From the NCBI GenBank assembly GCA_965202625.1, contig CBDBBI010000010.1:416001-480000 (forward strand): a stretch of 64,000 nt of DNA, given 5' to 3'. The notes beneath the pieces were generated by a model. That model saw only the letters and a list, made by a program, of their open reading frames with translations, was not told the origin of the DNA and did no database searches. Position numbers and translations under genes: made by a program. This stretch comes from a bacterium (lineage in GTDB: Bacteria > UBA8248). Positions 60,179 to 64,000 of this stretch are shown here, piece by piece (position 1 is the first letter of the stretch; each line of letters opens with the position of its first letter).

Positions 60179-61270
60179 CTAGGGCCTGACGGCCAGCGTA
60201 TGGTTGGGGTCCAGGCGGACATAGACCTTCTCGCCCACACGCAGGCGCTCACGCGAGTGCGCCAGCACCTTCCACTCGAATTCTCCCCATTTCACCCGGC
60301 AATCGAGGTAGTTCCCCAAAAAGACGGACTGGATCACCTCGCCCTCGATTCGGGGGTCTCCCCCCGGTTCGCGCGAGGCGTCCACATTCTCGGGACGAAC
60401 CGAGAGGTAGGCAGCATCGCCCTCCGAGAGGCCCTCGGCGAGCAGGCAGGGCAGCCGCACGCTCTCCTCTCCCTGCGCTATCTCAATGCCCTCCTCACCG
60501 CTGTTTTGGACGATTCTTCCCTTGGCCAAGTTCGCCACGCCAATGAAATCACTCACGAATCTGTTCACGGGCCGCGCGTAGATGGCGTGGGGGCCGCCCG
60601 ACTGTTCAATGTTCCCCTTGCTCATCACAATGATCTCGTCGCTCATGACGAGGGCTTCCGCCTGGTCGTGCGTTACATAGACGGAGGTGATGCCGATTTC
60701 GTGCTGAATCCGCTTGAGCTCGACGCGCATCTGCTCTCTGAGCTTTGCGTCAAGGTTGCTCAGAGGTTCGTCGAAGAGCAAAAGGCGCGGCTGAAAGACC
60801 ATGGCGCGCGCGAGTGCTGCCCTTTGCTGCTGACCGCCCGATAGCTGGGTGGCCATTTTGTCCGCCATGTCGGATAGGCCGACGATTTTCAGCGCTTCGG
60901 CGACGCGATCGTCAATTTCGGTTTGTGGGACGTCGCGTATCTCCAGCGGGTAGGCCACGTTTTGGGTCACGTTCATGTGCGGCCAGATGGCGTAGCTTTG
61001 AAAGACCATGCCGATGTTGCGCTTCTCTGGAGCGACGTTGACGCGCTTCTTCACCGAGGTGACCAGCTCGGTCCCGATGCGAATCTCGCCCGCGTCCGGT
61101 TTATGGAGTCCGGCGATGCACATGAGGGTGGTGGTCTTCCCGCAACCTGAGGGGCCGAGCAAGGTGAGAAATTTCCCCTCCGGAACGCCGAATGATATGC
61201 CGTCCACGGCGCGGTCGTCCCCGAAGTATTTGATGAGGTTGTTGATTTCTAGATAGGCGTTTTCGTTCAT
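60179..61270 (-). CDS. Second ABC transporter ATP-binding protein (FbpC/PotA family)
   Basis: GPSGCGKTT, LSGGQQQR and FDEPLSNLDAKLRE; start at MNENAY (ATG 61270). Confidence 0.93.
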   Translation of the reverse strand: MNENAYLEINNLIKYFGDDRAVDGISFGVPEGKFLTLLGPSGCGKTTTLMCIAGLHKPDAGEIRIGTELVTSVKKRVNVAPEKRNIGMVFQSYAIWPHMNVTQNVAYPLEIRDVPQTEIDDRVAEALKIVGLSDMADKMATQLSGGQQQRAALARAMVFQPRLLLFDEPLSNLDAKLREQMRVELKRIQHEIGITSVYVTHDQAEALVMSDEIIVMSKGNIEQSGGPHAIYARPVNRFVSDFIGVANLAKGRIVQNSGEEGIEIAQGEESVRLPCLLAEGLSEGDAAYLSVRPENVDASREPGGDPRIEGEVIQSVFLGNYLDCRVKWGEFEWKVLAHSRERLRVGEKVYVRLDPNHTLAVRP

Positions 61271-61274
61271 CGTC

Positions 61275-63023
61275 CTACGCGGTGAGCGCCTCTTTGCCGG
61301 CGACTCTTCTAAAGATGACGACGCACGCGAGAAGCGCAATCGTCTGCGCGATGGAAAGGGCCGCCGTCATCGGTTCGTTTTCAAAGTTGGACAGGTAATA
61401 GACGCCGACGGAGAGCGTCTCCGTGCCGGCGGAGTAAAGTATAATGGAGATGGAGAGTTCTCGGAGGAATATGACGAACAGGAGTATCCATCCAGCGAAG
61501 ATGCCGGGCTTGAGAAGCGGAATTGTGATTCTTCGCAAGGTCGTGAGCCAAGAGGCGCCCGCCATACGCGAGCTCTGGTCGAGTTCTTCCGATACGGCCA
61601 TCATTATGGAGGAGATGTTTCTCTGCCCATAAGGGAAGAAGCGCGTGATGTAGCCAAGCAGCAGTATCCAGAGGGTGGCGTAGATGGGGGTTCTGATGTA
61701 GGTGACGAGAACGCCCATCGCCAGAACGATGCCGGGGAAGCCAATGGGGAGCACGCTCAGAAAATCGAGAGCCCTCGCGCCGAAGCCCTTGGTGCGGTGG
61801 ATCATGTAGCTCACGACGATTGCCACCACCATAGCGATGGAAGCGCCGCCGAACGCGAGGATGAAGCTGTTGATGATGCCGTTCGTGGCCGCCTGGATGC
61901 TTTCCGGCCACCAGAAGAAAAGCACCTTCTGGTAGTTCCAAAAGGTGAGTTCCGACCAGATAATCCGCCCCGACCATATCTTGTGAAGACTCACGAAAAA
62001 AAGGCAGATGATGGGAAATACCACGGCGACGCAAACGTAGAGCATGTTGTAGGCGAAGGCGAGCCACTTCCAGTGTCCCAAGTCTATCAGATTCGGCCGA
62101 AAGCCTTTGCCGGTCACCGTCGTGTAAGAGCGTGGGGCGATGATTCTGTGCTGAATCCATATGAAGAACGCCGTCACCACGCCCACCACCATGCTCATGG
62201 CAGCGCCGAGATAGTGGTTGGCATCGTCGCCCACCGCTTTTGTGAAAATCTGCGTCGTCAGAGTCTCCCAACCGAAGGGAGCGGAGAGCTTGAAGGGAAC
62301 GCCGAACTCTCCGGCCGTCGTCACGAAGACGATGATGGCACCCGATAGAATCGCCGGTGTCACCAAGGGCAGCGTGATGGTCATGGTGGTGCGGAATAGG
62401 CCGGCTCCCGTCGTTCGGGCGCTGTCTTCAAGCGATGGGTCCATGCGGCGCAGGGAACCCACGACAAACAGATAGACGAGGGGGGCGAAGAATAGCCCCG
62501 TCACCCAGATGACGCCCCACAGGTTGTTGACGTTGAAAAGGGGAAAAGAGACGCCGAGGGTCGATTTCGCCATATTGTTGAGGAGGCCGATCTTGGGAGA
62601 GGCCAGGTTGTGCCAGGCGATGGCACCGACGAAAGGGCTCAGAAAGAAGGGAATGAGGTTGAAGGGTTCGAGCTTCTCTCGTCCCGGGCAGTTGGTTCTC
62701 GCATTAATCCACGCGAGCGATACGCCCAGGAACGTAGCGAGAACGGTGCAGCCTGTGCTGATGATGGCAGTGTTGACGAGAGCTTTTCTGATGACGCGGC
62801 CTTGGAATATCTCCCTGTAGTTCTGGAGGCCCCACTCGGTGTCAAAGCCTAGGTCGTCAAGCACCAAAAAGGAATTGATGATGAGTGCGAACAATGGCAG
62901 AATGACCGCCACCGCCACGATGAGGCCGACGACGGTCGTGATGATGTTCTCCTGCGTGAACCAGGCTCTCCAGCCGCTCGGGGGGGCGACTTCAAATTGG
63001 GGCATCGCGGTGTTTGTGGTCAT
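61275..63023 (-). CDS. Fe3+-type ABC transporter fused double permease (FbpB family)
   Basis: Two permease halves with LEDSARTTGA and LDQSSRMAGA (EAA-like) loops, and GEFGVP. Confidence 0.9.
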   Translation of the reverse strand: MTTNTAMPQFEVAPPSGWRAWFTQENIITTVVGLIVAVAVILPLFALIINSFLVLDDLGFDTEWGLQNYREIFQGRVIRKALVNTAIISTGCTVLATFLGVSLAWINARTNCPGREKLEPFNLIPFFLSPFVGAIAWHNLASPKIGLLNNMAKSTLGVSFPLFNVNNLWGVIWVTGLFFAPLVYLFVVGSLRRMDPSLEDSARTTGAGLFRTTMTITLPLVTPAILSGAIIVFVTTAGEFGVPFKLSAPFGWETLTTQIFTKAVGDDANHYLGAAMSMVVGVVTAFFIWIQHRIIAPRSYTTVTGKGFRPNLIDLGHWKWLAFAYNMLYVCVAVVFPIICLFFVSLHKIWSGRIIWSELTFWNYQKVLFFWWPESIQAATNGIINSFILAFGGASIAMVVAIVVSYMIHRTKGFGARALDFLSVLPIGFPGIVLAMGVLVTYIRTPIYATLWILLLGYITRFFPYGQRNISSIMMAVSEELDQSSRMAGASWLTTLRRITIPLLKPGIFAGWILLFVIFLRELSISIILYSAGTETLSVGVYYLSNFENEPMTAALSIAQTIALLACVVIFRRVAGKEALTA

Positions 63024-63047
63024 GGCCTCTCATGCCCAATCAGATGG

Positions 63048-63095
63048 CCCCGGAACGGGGGAGAGCCCTCTGCGGGCCCCCGCCCCGTTCCGGGG
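63048..63095. terminator. Strong intercistronic stem-loop between the binding-protein and permease genes
   Basis: CCCCGGAACGGGG (63048-63060) pairs with CCCCGTTCCGGGG (63083-63095), with an inner GCCC/GGGC stem. Confidence 0.65.
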
Positions 63096-63122
63096 GAAAG
63101 CATTGACCGATAGACGGTCGCC

Positions 63123-64000
63123 CTATTTGAAGCGCTTGATGAATTCTGCGCGCGTCGCCTTGAACTTCTTCTGCGCGCCCACCCAGTCCTTCAGACCCAG
63201 GAGCTTATGTTTGCTGAGATCGAGAAGATAGGGACGCACGACCGCCGGCGGCGTGTAATTCGCGCGGAAGCTGTAGATAGCTTCGCCTTCTACGTATACG
63301 TCGGTCCCTTCCTTGGTGAGGAGAAATTCCACTAGGAGTTTGCCGGCGTTGGGGTTCGGTGCGCCTTTCAGGACGGCCGCCTGGTTGCCCAGCATCACTT
63401 GGCCTTCTTTGTAATAGCCAATTTTGATGATTTTGGAGAGGCTGGGTTTCTTGATGACGTTCTGCCACACGCGACCGGAGAGGTTCCATGGGTCGAGACC
63501 GCGCTCGCAGTTGATGAGAGTCTGCATCTTCGCCTCTGTGCGGAACATGACGACGGGTTTGGTGGCCTTCAGGTCGTCCCAGTATTTGTTCATGTCCATG
63601 CCGTTTTCGATGAGCGAGAGCACGGTGTTGGTGTAGGTGAAGCTTTTGGTGATGTCGCCGGCGATAGTTTTGCCTGTCAGGTTCTTCTTGATGGCGTCCT
63701 TGTAGGAGGTGACGTTGACGTCCTTCATGCCCGGACAGGCGCTGTTCCACACCGGCTGAAAGGTGTAGGCCAAGGGTGTGACGACGTAGGGGTAGTTCGC
63801 GTACTGGCCGGCTTTCTTGATCGTCGCCGCGAAATGCTGGTTCCACTCCGCGCTGTCGAGCTGGTGGTATGCGTCGCGCTTTTGGGCGGCAGCGAAGAAG
63901 CCGGGCGCGCTCACGACGTGGACGTCGACGGTGAATTTGTTGGCCCGCATCTCCTGACGCACCTGAGAGACGGTGGCGCCGGTGCCTTTGCGCAGGTTGC
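63123..64000 (-). CDS. ABC transporter substrate-binding protein (Fe3+/thiamine-like family), 5' end outside the window
   Basis: Frame is open to the window edge; AVLKGAPNPNAGKLLVEFLLTKEG; upstream of the FbpB-like permease. Confidence 0.85.
   Translation of the reverse strand, partial: NLRKGTGATVSQVRQEMRANKFTVDVHVVSAPGFFAAAQKRDAYHQLDSAEWNQHFAATIKKAGQYANYPYVVTPLAYTFQPVWNSACPGMKDVNVTSYKDAIKKNLTGKTIAGDITKSFTYTNTVLSLIENGMDMNKYWDDLKATKPVVMFRTEAKMQTLINCERGLDPWNLSGRVWQNVIKKPSLSKIIKIGYYKEGQVMLGNQAAVLKGAPNPNAGKLLVEFLLTKEGTDVYVEGEAIYSFRANYTPPAVVRPYLLDLSKHKLLGLKDWVGAQKKFKATRAEFIKRFK

Overview
Chromosomal window from a GC-rich, probably Gram-negative bacterium; no rRNA, tRNA, CRISPR array, integrase or transposase was recognised. 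From left to right it holds: relA/spoT; endonuclease V; a stand-alone 8-heme membrane-anchored cytochrome c; a minus-strand cluster of two ATP-grasp enzymes, a DUF1611-like P-loop protein and an Npt/MFS-like transporter fused to HEAT repeats and a cNMP-binding domain; a Dpp-type ABC operon ending in an HDAC-family deacetylase; HtrA; CopA and a decayed copZ; an accessory zone (about 24.5-34 kb); a SAF/UxaA plus Ldh_2 catabolic cluster; a desaturase with a long helical tail; ilvC; a cytochrome c maturation (ccm) cluster; a LeuB-family enzyme; a cupin; a CapA-family protein; and an Fe3+/polyamine-type ABC system. The most striking item is a two-gene, Druantia-like module at 24741-31497. Its 796-aa partner protein ends in an in-frame, apparently complete RNA polymerase omega (RpoZ) subunit. 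An out-of-frame remnant resembling the C-terminus of archaeal ribosomal protein L13e follows, and its stop overlaps the true start of a ~1420-aa DEAH/DUF1998 helicase. The helicase is frameshifted at a T10 tract. This suggests a defence module whose C-terminal slot was swapped for a host-machinery mimic (decoy/sensor hypothesis). All family assignments are by-eye motif recognition and need HMM or structure confirmation.
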